Assembly: GCA_973895155.1 (NCBI GenBank)
Contig: OZ316896.1
Span: 5,151,925 to 5,215,924 of the forward strand
Reading direction: 5' to 3'
Source: Marsupella aquatica
Lineage: Eukaryota; Plantae; Marchantiophyta
DNA: 64,000 nt
Below are positions 52,023 through 64,000 of this stretch, in pieces. How positions within the stretch are numbered: the first letter of the stretch is position 1; each line of letters opens with the position of its first letter. Position numbers and translations under genes: made by a program. The notes below the pieces were generated by a model, which ran no database searches, was not told the origin of the DNA, and saw only the letters and a list, made by a program, of their open reading frames with translations.

Positions 52023-55000
52023 ATGAGGAATCGAGCTTGCAGGCCAGGCAGTTTGGGTGCCATGGAATGCAACCAAATGGCTTGTGGACCAGGCTGTCAG
52101 GCGAGCCGCCCCGTTCTCGGCTCCGGAGCAACGGTTCCGGAAATTTTCCAGATGGATAGGTATCGCAATGCAGCCGCATCTCTACGCGAAAACAACGGTA
52201 ATCGTCGAATGTTTCCCCAAGGTAGAAGCCTACACCATCCCTCGTGCAATTGCGGAAATTGCAGCAGGGGACATCATCCAGCAGGAACGTCCTTCAAAGA
52301 TCTTCTCTATCGACAGAGTGTGGATGTTGGTGAGGGTGCGACAAGGCTTCACAGCTCGCAAGCTCATTCTCATTCGCAGCAGAGTGGGTACGACCGTCAC
52401 TGGTGCGGCGTTGGTCCAAGCTTCTATCAAGATAAACGGTCTATAGATAACTTGATTGAGAGCTTGCGATCAACCCCGAGGAGCTCAATGTTTTCAACCG
52501 TCGGGGACTTCGAGCAGCGGAATGCTACAGCCTCCACCGGGTTTATGTCTCATTTGCCATTGAAGACGAAGGCAAACGAATCGAGCAGTTCATCGTTAGA
52601 CTTTCTTCAGTGCCCTGAGAAAGTCCCACCGGGGGCTTTGAAGAAACAGGTAGGTCTTCTTCCGTTAGCCACCTCTGTTCTTAGAATGACCGGGATTTCC
52701 TATCTGTTGAAGGCCAGGTGATTGCCTTTCAGAGTGCTGAAGATGGCAAATGTTATTGTGCAGATATCTCTACATGGATGGTATTTGATGAAGCTCACAT
52801 GTGTAGATAAGACCTCGGGCCGTGTGCCACTTCCCGCAGTCGCCGTAGGTGGCTACAGGAGTCCACAGTAAGTACATTGCCTTCTTCGATCGGAGTAGCA
52901 AGTATCCATTTAGTGCTTTCAGATATATTTTGTGGGGAGACTTTCTTGATTGAGAATCTTGGCGAAGCATAACTTAAAAACTTAGATTGTCTTGTGGTCA
53001 TCTTATGAAGTGGAGTTTCGCTCCAAATTTCGCTTTCCTTGCAGGATGCTGCAGACAGAATTTGTCCAAACGGCCCGAGTTGAGAGCCGCCTGGAGCAGT
53101 CGAAGCTGCGTACAAGTGATGGGGTGGAAGTAAGCTTGGTGGGCATGATCGATCTGAACAAATCAATTGCGAATGGATTCTCTCCGGCGGTGAGGTTTCT
53201 CGAAATCTTAGCAGATGCATGTTGACAGCCTTCCAACATTGTCCTTGTCTCATCAACATTTTCGCATGAGTCGTTACGTCAGATGTGTTGGTCACCTTTA
53301 ATAATGTTATGTTTGTGGCACATTTCCAGCTCGTCAAACACTTTCTCATTGGATTCCCTTCGAGGTGGATGTACATGATGCTAAGTCTAAACATCAGAGG
53401 GTCAATGCCCGACTTGCCATTGTCATCTGCACAACAAGACATGAACAATTTTGCTGGTCGCAGCCAAGAGCCTCCGGTCGAAGCAAATTCAATACCTCGT
53501 CCACCTAGTGCACCGTTATTCACACCGCCAAGCGAAGGTACTTGGAAACAGGTGCTTCGCAGCTTCTCTCCGACAACTCCCAACTCTTTGCCTGCCGTGT
53601 CTTCAGATATCAACACAACCGAACAATGTGGTCTGGATCAAGAGCAGTCGGAAGGGCAGAGAAATTGTTCCAAGGTTCATCGAGGCGCAGATCCTCAAGC
53701 TGTAAGCTCTTGTCTAAAAAGAAAGACATTGTCCTTGACGAGGGATTGTCCACGATCTGAAGCCGAAGCCATCGGTGTCGAAAATACCGAAAAAGTCCCT
53801 GACCGTAGCAGTCAAACAGGAAAATCAAAATTGCTTTGGCCTTGCCGTCCGGGATTACACGGAGAAATGGCTGGCGAACCTGGAGAAGATCCTGAGAGCA
53901 GTTTCAGTCAAGATCCGGATGTGGTCAAGGATGTCCCTTCCCTGACAACTGTTAATTCTCTGGGTGAAGATGTGAATGCAGTTTCCGAGTGGGTCACCAA
54001 ACCACAGGAAACACAAGCTGTAAGTGATTGCCCAAATTCTGTTGTGAACACGAAAGTTTGTTGTGAAGGTCCTCGGAATACTGCGATTGAAGACAGAGGA
54101 GTTGTCGATGTTGAGGATTTGACAGCATACACGGAAGGTTTCGCTGTGGACCAGGGACAAGGTGAAACTGAACTTTCTTCCGTGCAAGTTCCCTTTACAC
54201 CGCTGCAGACATCTAGACAGGTAATGGATGATTCAAACAACCAAAACACGGAAAATCTAACTGGAGGATTAGGAACAGACCCCGTAAAAAGTCCTCAAAA
54301 TCTTAACACTGGAAGGAAACTGAGGAGCGGGAGGTGTCTGCTTGTTGTGGATAAACATCAGGCAGAGCAAGGTATCGTGTCTGGGGATGCCATCGAAAAT
54401 ACCAACAGTAGGAAGAGACGGAGGACGACGATTGCCAGTGAAGGATGTAAAGATGTCATGCCGTCAAGGGAACCTATGTCTTCGACTGAGGATCTTTTGG
54501 TACACCATGAGGATCCTGTTGAACTCGGTGGTCTGGACCAAGCACCGTCCACGCCATTTCAGAAAACTACGAGACCAGTAAATATGGTCCCCGGAAGTAC
54601 TCTTGTTGTTGACACACCAGCTACAGACGCGGAGGAGACACACCCAGTGAGGAATCCGCATCATGCCGATGGTGCGAGGAAACTGAGGAGTGGGAGAAAT
54701 GTACAAGATCTTGAGAAGTCTATCCAAGAGCCAATTGTAGATATGCCAACTACAGATGCGAAAACACGTCCAGTGAGCAATCTGCAAAATGCTGATGATT
54801 CTAAGAAACTGAGGAGTGGGAGATCGTTACGAGCTCTTGATAAGCTATTTGTAAGTCCTGTGATCATGCCCCAAAGTCTCAAAAGCAGGAGAAGGAGAAT
54901 TTCACCATCAGATGCACCAGTCGCTACGTGTGAGGATGACCACGGCATTGAGTGTGAGGAGCAAGACACTAACGTGGATAAGTTACAGGGACACGAGGGA

Positions 55001-56690
55001 GATTCTAAGATTTCGAGCAGACCCATGGATGAATTCTGCAAGGAGTCAGCTGGGGTCAACCGTCCTGTCAACAAGAGGCGGCACGGGAAAGTCAGCAAAC
55101 TTTACAGGAGTCGGAAGAAGAAATCATGCCCTGAGAGCTTCTCCGCAAGTAAACCGAAATTGGAGTCCTCTCGGAATGATTCTTATGATAGTAGAAGGAC
55201 GAACCTGAAGGTTGGTGCTGACATATCTTTTCAAATGGAGGAGACCAAACCTGCACCAAAGAAGAATAGCACGAAAGTACCCCAGTCCTCCAAGTCAACT
55301 GGTAGAGTTCAACTGAACCGTGCAGAGCAGCAGAGACAAGCACACAAAGAGATCCGAAATGGGAAGCGGAATTCTGTGAGTAACATTTTGGCTGTCAGTT
55401 TAGTCCAAGCTTTAAGGACGGGAAGGAGGCTGTCTTGTCGATGATGAATTTGACTGGTTACAGATGTCTGCATAAAAATTGTAAGAAGAGGCTACGTTAG
55501 TCTTAGCTTTCCTTAAATTTTGATGAATTATGGTTCTCGATACAGATTGTCCCACCTCCTCTTCCAGCTCCAAGAGTTGCCGACGAGTTGAAAGTCATAG
55601 AAGCATATGGCTTGAAGCAGTCACGTTATGGTGAGCTCCTGATTGATTCAGCTGTTGTTTTATTCAGTAAAGGACAGTGTGCTTTAAGTTCTTGCAGATT
55701 CTCATACATGTAAACGTCAATGGCTTAAATTGGAAAGGTGCTCAGAAAGTCTGCCGTCATCAGAATGCAGAACTGAGAAGTCAATGGAGCTTGGCGTGCC
55801 CCCTTTATATTCTGGTCATGTAACGGTTCTGATGATGATCTTTCCTAAGGGCCTTCTGTAATTAATTAATTTCAAACTCTGGCAAACTAACCGCGTCGTC
55901 AATGAATGAAACCAACAGCCCAGGTTAAGGATTTCTAGAATGATTTCCTTTTCATAAAAATTAAGTCAAAGATTTCTTGAATTTGAGCCTTATCTACATT
56001 CTCCTAGTAGCATGAGGTGAGGTAGATCTAGGAAGTATTCCTTTGGGCAAGTCAAATTCTCTCTTTGTTGTGAGGAACTGAGAGGTTGATAGACACATTC
56101 GATTTTATCTTGAGTAAAATTAATCATCCTAATTTGTGATTTCCTTTCATTGGCTACACAGGACGGATACTCGTGCCACCGCTGGCAGTTTGGTGCAACC
56201 AATCTATTATATACGATAAGGTGCGCCCAATCAACCTCCTGACAAACCGTTCTGTTGAGGACAAGATTTATCCTGTGCATTCGTGAATCGCATGCAACAT
56301 ACGGTCTTGTTATCTCTTGCAAAGTGTGGGAGGTTCAGAATTGAGATATACCCTATTGAGAGAGAATACTGAAATAACTGGTAACGTCTGCAGGATGGCA
56401 GTATTATAGCAATATCGGATGCCTCTAGTTCCGAAGCTGAATCTCAAACAGGTACGAAGTCTGAAAGCTGGAGCAAACAAAATGCTTTCATTGGCTTTTT
56501 CGCTCTGTTGCAGAAGCCGTCGACTCTACAGTCCCTACCCTATTTTCACCTACCCAATTATGCTGACTCATGGTTCAATTTCCCGTGCATTTCAGGCTGC
56601 TTCAATTTTACGTTTCCTTCGGACACAGGAGCAAGAAAAATGCAGAAAAGGCTTCGTAAAGCTGCACAAACCAACTGGTCCCAGAAATAA
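52023..56690 (+). CDS. KNL2: KINETOCHORE NULL 2 (Mis18BP1 homolog) with SANTA domain and C-terminal CENPC-k motif (~1072 aa, 8 exons)
   Basis: Exons 52023-52649, 52764-52867, 53045-53189, 53330-55375, 55546-55630, 56162-56220, 56394-56451, 56596-56690, GT-AG with consistent phase. SANTA: ISLHGWYLMK...VAVGGY...LRTSDGVEVSLVGMID...NGFSPALVKHFLIGFPSRW. CENPC-k assembled across an intron: SRYGRILVPPLAVWCNQSIIYD, with the conserved Arg and Trp nine residues apart. The start Met is uncertain among several in exon 1. Confidence 0.88.
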
Positions 56691-57299
56691 ATGTACTGTG
56701 TACTCCATGTTTTGGTTCTACTCCATATGTCGATAGATTTTTGTCCTCAATCAGTCATTCTCAATGACTTGGACATTAGAGAAGTGCCAGCACTAGTCTC
56801 CTTTCTGTATATTTCTCCTTCGCTTAGAATCATTTTTAAGACCTGTGTATTATACTGTGATCTTAAAGTATGGCTATGGCAACATCCTCGACATGTTGTA
56901 AGAGGGGCTCCTACTGTAAAAGCAGTCTTTGCTTCTCCATAAGTATACTCTACAACAGTAGTTTGGATGTCCAGCACGCCATGTTGTGAGATGGGCTCCT
57001 ACTGTGGAAGGAGTCTTTGCTTCTCCATGAGAAGTAGACTACACATGAGTAGTTTGGACAAATGGCCACTGCTTAATGTAACAAGGCTACTGAAACTAAG
57101 GGAAAGCTTGCCACTAAGTTCTTTTCTGTGAAATTGTTTGATAAGTTAGTGGTGATCAGGTGATTGGGGGACTTATGTTTTGTGGACTCATTCACGAGAG
57201 GCAAGAAAGCCTCCCACTGTAGATACCCATGTGGCTGGTATTTTACAGTGGGGCTGATAGTTTAAAGAAATGGAAATGTGCGTGTAATGGAAAGGCTCC

Positions 57300-58040
57300 C
57301 TCTATCCAGACTCCCCATGGTTGTCCTTACTCACAAGCATCCCCATGGTTGTAGCATAGTCTAAACATTGTAAACATTTTGCACTATAATGAACAACTTG
57401 AATTCCCATTCTTCTAATGTCACAAGCATAGTCTAAACATTGAAAACATTTTGCACTAACTTAATTATAGTTAAAGAGCTCGAAATCTCATTCTTCTAAT
57501 GGAAATTCATGATCATTGGACATTCATTATATTTACCATTCTTTCCATACTCGTGGTGAACCCCTAGAGAGTCTACCATTCTTTCCATCCTCATGGTGAA
57601 GCCCTAGAGTCTTAACATCATTTGGCATTCATTATATTTATCATTCTTTCCATACTCGCAGGGAAACCCAAGAATATCTACCATTCATTCCATTCTCATG
57701 GTGAAGCCCTAGTCATTTCTAGAGGCTTCTAAACCCTAGAGTATCTACCATTCTTTCCATTCTCATGGTGAAGCCCTAGTCATTTCTAGAGGCTTCACTC
57801 TGGAAGCCTAGATCCCAACTCTAGTTTCTGTTTGCACTTTATAAATAAGATGATTGCACTCTATGGAGTAACACATTGATAACTTCTTCCCGGTACCCAG
57901 ATTCCCCATGGCTGTCCTTACTCAGATGCATACCAGATTCCCCATGGCTGTCCTTACTCAGATGCATAGTCTAAACATTGAAAACATTTTGCACGAGAGT
58001 AATTGTAGCTTATGGTTGCACTCTATGGAGTAACACATAA
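57300..58040. repeat. Complex nested tandem repeats
   Basis: taccattctttccat(a/t/c)ctc(g/a)tggtgaa(g/c)ccctag-like unit ~5 times (57535-57780); ccagattccccatggctgtccttactcagatgcata x2 (57897-57968); gcatagtctaaacattg(t/a)aaacattttgcac at ~57354, ~57426 and ~57964. Confidence 0.8.
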
Positions 58041-60143
58041 TCTCCGACTGTGGTAGGTCAAGAACAGTAGATTTTTATGGTGAATAATATATATACTAAG
58101 CAACTACAATTAGCCATGCAATTGTCCTTATTTTTCTTGGGTTGCAATTACTACCTCTTCCTTTATTAAATAGCTGTCCAAGGTAGTTTTCCCACAAGGT
58201 AAAATGGGAAATAATGTGTGTTCTAATCCCTAAGCATTGTGTCCAACTTGTGGAAAAGACCACTCAAGTAGGCAATATTTAAACTTTTGCACATGGTCAA
58301 AAAGTATGCATACTATTATCTCAAATCCATATTTGAATTAGTGACCCGTATAAAAAAAATCTTAAATATGAAGTTGGGATCCTAGATATGGTCGTTGTAT
58401 GAAATTTAAAATATGTAGTTTCATAGAGCTACCCAATTGGGCTCACCCCCTTTTTGTGTTTCTAGATGGCTGTCTTGTTCTTAGCCCCAGGCCAAGGTCC
58501 CGGTGTCGTGCCGATTCATTTCAGCACTGGGACTTGTATTGAGGAGTGTCAATTGGCGCCGGGGATTGGCGTTCCGGTTCCGATCAGTTACAAAGGGAGT
58601 AGTGCCGAACTGTTCCGCCACAGAGCTTATCTTTGAGTGACGATTGTGATCCGTTTCCGTTCAGTTGAGAATGCCGTGGAGCCGAATCATTTTGGCTTTG
58701 AGCTTGACTTTGGGGTGGTCATTGGTGTTCCGTTTAATCAGTTGGAACGCAAAAGCGGATGGAATGCGAGAGGCTGTTGGTTCATCTTCAGGGCAACCAA
58801 GAGTTGGACTGTTGAGTTCTGAACCTGCTTGGCGGTGGCTCGTTGGGCGGGGATACTGTTTCTGAGGTGTATTTGAGGGCTGGGCTTTGGCTAAGTCCAT
58901 GGGAGTCATCATTTTTGCGAAATTTTGGATAAGGAATTCGGATACTACTGATCGTGAGCCAAAGAGCTCGAGTTTTGAACCGTTGGCGAGGAGACCTGAT
59001 AGATCTCGAGTAAGATCGAAGCCCGATCAAAGTTCTGAACTTGACCACTTGAGAAATTGGACTTTTCATGGATTTGGAACTTGATAGTTTTTTGAGAAGA
59101 CAAAAACTCGATGGAAGATAGATAGTGGCCCGCCACAAGACCAGACATCAGACTTTCACAAGTGACCAGCTCGAGGGCATCCATTATATTGAACATGAAA
59201 TTTTCAGAAATAAAAATGTTTGAGTTTGGACCTCGATTGTGTTTATCATTTGTCTTGATCGCAACTATAAACAGTCCGTTTACCTAAGGTGGCCCCTACT
59301 TTCAGTCCACGCAACACTGGCCCTATTGGTTTGTCAATCCTTGTTTCCTTGCCTCAGGTTTGCTTTTTCTCTGTGCTCCACTGTTCCCTCACCGCTCAGG
59401 TTTGCTTTTCTCTGTGCTCCGCTGGTCGTTGCTACGGTTGCCTTTAACCTCATTTGGCACAGTGTTGCCTTTCTTCAAACAAGAAAAAGGGGGGTTGTGC
59501 TCACAAAGAATCACCAAATTGGTCTCAACCCCCTTCTTGTGTTTCCAGAGAGCTGACTCGTACTAATCTTGAAATGCAGATATAAATTAATGTCTTTGTG
59601 CAGATAGACTGGCGTTATATGAGGACTCCTTGCAAAGATTATTAGCCAGTCTAACCATATAATTGTGATCAGAAGTTCCACAAATCTAACTATACCGTTG
59701 TGCAATAGACTTGAATACCACAATCAGGCACTTAGGCTAGTCTTCTCCAAGATGTTTTAAGCTTGGCAATCTTGCATCTATTGTACACAAACCTACCGTG
59801 TCTACACTGGAATGTAGGATCTTATCCATGAAAAAGGGATGATTGTAGGTTTAAAGAGTTTCAAACCTGTCACTTTTCGAAATTATTCTTCGTCTCGTGC
59901 TTATCTCAACTAGAGATGTAGTATGGATAATTCCGAAGAGGACTCTGGACCGCCATTCGACCATTAATCATGGATATTTATCAAATAGGACTATATATTA
60001 ATGGATATCTATCAAATAGTACTGTACATCGTCCATGAATTGAACACATACTAGGACGGGCGAGGGGTATGGGGCCATGTAACTTTCCGAGCGAGGACAT
60101 ATCTAAAGAGATGACAAATATATCTCATCCACGCCTTATTCAA

Positions 60144-60431
60144 GGTGCTCATGATACCCTTCATCGTGTCTAATCTCGATCATTGCTCTGTGGTTTGGGA
60201 CGATTTAAAGGTTTGCGGGGTTGGTTTCCAAGTGTGCATATTCGCGGTGTTCATGATACCTTTCATCATGTCTAAGCTCATCTCGATCATTGCTCTGTGG
60301 TTTGGGACGATTTAAAGGTTTGCGGGGATGGTTTCCAAGTGTGCATATTCGCGGTGTTCATGATACCTTTCATCATGTCTAAGCTCGATCATTGCCGTAT
60401 GGTTTGGGACGATTTAAAGGTTTGCGGGGAT
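60144..60431. repeat. Tandem repeat, ~102-107-bp unit x3
   Basis: catgatacc(c/t)ttcatc at 60150, 60252 and 60359, each followed by ctcgatcattgc...ggtttgggacgatttaaaggtttgcgggg. Confidence 0.9.
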
Positions 60432-61572
60432 ATCAAATTCAGTGAAACTGATTGAAGAGAACAAAGAGGTCTCAAAAACCAAAGTGGTGGGAAGTTCCAA
60501 AGGAAGTGGCGTACGAGGCCATATGATTATCTAGTAGAGCCCAGTGTCCAAAATCATTCCACATCAAGTTGCTGGCTTGTGTTGGGTTTGCAATTACCGT
60601 CCGGCTAGAAGCAGTTCAAGCCTTGTTCAAGGTAGCTCTTCTCCACTTTGAGAAGACCACCGCTGGCGGAGAATCTGCTGTTTCCGGCATCAGATGCCCT
60701 AACAGTATTATTTCCTAGAGAGTTGCAACATACTGAGGCCCAATATTTAGGCTAAATGCATTAGCTCGCTACGTAAAAAAGGAGAACTCGATTTCTGTTC
60801 TTCCCCCGTGTGCGGGGCCATGAGCAGAAAACCGAAAGCTGAGGAATGAATTGGTTACAGCTCCTGAAAACCCTCAACCCCTTCACGAAATAAGGAAACT
60901 AGCCTCAGTAAACTAGGGATGAACGAGAGAGATAGAACTGACTAATTGTAAACCTAATTAGGTCAACCTATTTAGATATTGGACACTAATTCCGAGCAGT
61001 TTTGAACACATTTGACTGAGGCAAAACACCTTTCGCACCAGCGCTCCATCTACCATTCTAAGAATATGCCAGCGAGACATCGAAAACCAGTAAATTTAGC
61101 CCTCTTATGAAACACCCAGTCTGGTATTTGCAAGAAAAAAATTGCCTCATTTCCAGTGATTTGCTTCGTTCAAGTATGTGACCGATATGGGGAGTTCCTA
61201 CGGGTTTACTCCGGATAGATTGGCAACTCACTGAGAGCAACGCTATTCTCTAGCACTACCTTGCTCAGGGACGAGCTTATAGAAAAGCAATGTCACAGCG
61301 ATACTACTGCTATCTCTCTGCCATCTCTTCACAGCCATCCTCTGTTACAACCCATTCCTTAGTCGACTTCGACTGCGCTCCCTTTTTCCACATCTATTCC
61401 CTCCCTAACCCCTGAAGAAGTCTCATTCCGGTCTCCTCTGACCCGAACAGACGCAGCGCAGATAGAGCACAACAAGACAGTGAAACAGACCGGGGCCAAA
61501 AACATGAGGAAAGAGTGAAATCTGACTGATGAATGAAACGCAACAGCTTCCAAAAAACTAAAAAGAAGAAGT

Positions 61573-63198
<1,626 letters not shown>

Positions 63199-63411
63199 CG
63201 TTGCTCCCTCTCAGACCGCTCCTGCTCTCAGAGACCCCGAGTGAATCCCTCCTCCGCCTGCCTCCCGTCCGCTCCCTGCCTTGCAAGCTTTTCAAAGAGA
63301 CCTTCTCTCTCGACGAACCCCTTCACAATCGCTCCGCGAGCCGCCTGCTCAGCACACGGTGCTCTCGTTACGATCGAACCCTAAAACCTGGCGCAGGATC
63401 ACTGATTCTCG

Positions 63412-64000
63412 ACTTCTCTGTTTAGGGTCTATTAATTAATTCTATTAATTAATTAATTAACCAGGCTCTAATGAAGGTACTACCGTGCTGAAGTTTCTGT
63501 TTAGAGTGTAGGAGTTAATTAAGCACGCTTTAATGAAGGTACTACCGTGGTGCGTTTTTTGGTTTAGATTGTTCTAGTTAGTTCAGGCTCTGATGAAGGT
63601 ACTACCGTGGTTCGTTTTCTGTTTAGATTGTACTAGTTAGTTAATCAGGCTGTGATGAAGGTACTACCGTGGTGCGTTTTCTGTTTAGATTGTACTAGTT
63701 AGTTAATCAGGCTGTGATGAAGGTACTACCGTGGTTCATTTTCTGTTTAGAGTGTATTAGTTAATTAATCAGGCTCTGATGAAGTTACTACCGTGGTGCA
63801 TTTTCTGTTTAGAGTGTATTAGTTAATTAATCGGACTCTAATGAAGGTACTACCGTGGTAAAGTTTATGTTTAGAGTGTATTAGTTAATTAATCAGGCTC
63901 TGATGAAGGTACTACCGTGGTGAGTTATCTGTTTAGGGTGTATTAGTTACTTACTCGGGCTCCGATGAAGGTACTAACATGGTGACTTATCTGTTTAGGG
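63412..64000. repeat. 62-bp satellite-like tandem array, at least 9 copies, running off the window edge
   Basis: atgaag(g/t)tacta core at 63471, 63533, 63593, 63655, 63717, 63779, 63841, 63903 and 63965; unit taatcaggctctgatgaaggtactaccgtggtgcgttttctgtttagagtgtattagttaat. Confidence 0.93.

Noticed and set aside
52795-53616. 273-aa antisense ORF over KNL2, and similar antisense ORFs over SWAP, DMP and mTERF exons
   Set aside because: These are shadow frames of real coding exons with no independent motifs.
39060-56690. DMP and KNL2, both linked to haploid induction, as a functional cluster
   Set aside because: They are ~12 kb apart, separated by TE-rich DNA and act by unrelated mechanisms; adjacency alone is not evidence.
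58400-59240. GC-richer block with short ORFs, possibly a TE fragment
   Set aside because: No terminal repeats or coding motifs that I can identify.
63460-64000. CTGATGA in the 62-bp repeat suggests tandem hammerhead ribozymes or C/D snoRNA boxes
   Set aside because: No GAAA follows a plausible stem II on the same strand, the motif is mutated in several copies (gtgatga, taatga, ccgatga), and no C/D terminal stem is present.

Overview
Eukaryotic nuclear DNA from a land plant, most likely a bryophyte. This taxon call is inferred from gene content, GT-AG intron style and long intron-containing 5' leaders. Six intact protein-coding genes were reconstructed by hand from splice sites and phase: a plastid mTERF2/EMB2219-type gene (+, 9629-13338), a SWAP/SURP splicing regulator with a DRY_EERY domain (+, 17251-22687), a PhzF-family protein with a plastid-type transit peptide (+, 28863-32380), a single-exon DMP/DUF679 membrane protein (-, 39060-39860), KNL2 with SANTA domain and CENPC-k motif (+, 52023-56690) and 60S ribosomal protein RPL23/uL14 (-, 61573-63198). 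The window also holds a disrupted GT61 glycosyltransferase pseudogene, a 5'-truncated RT+RLE (CRE-like) non-LTR retrotransposon, a second degraded copy of that type, and many tandem and dispersed repeats. Three observations stand out. (1) RPL23 intron 1 is largely a ~110-bp tandem array of copies of its own first coding exon, each forming an AG-[32 nt]-GT/GC mini-exon, a candidate splicing-based (AS-NMD or uORF) regulatory device. (2) KNL2 carries three K-L-R-S-G-R motifs resembling the LANA/IL-33 nucleosome acidic-patch anchor. (3) The PhzF-like protein lacks the catalytic Glu. All functional statements are inferences; no searches were run.
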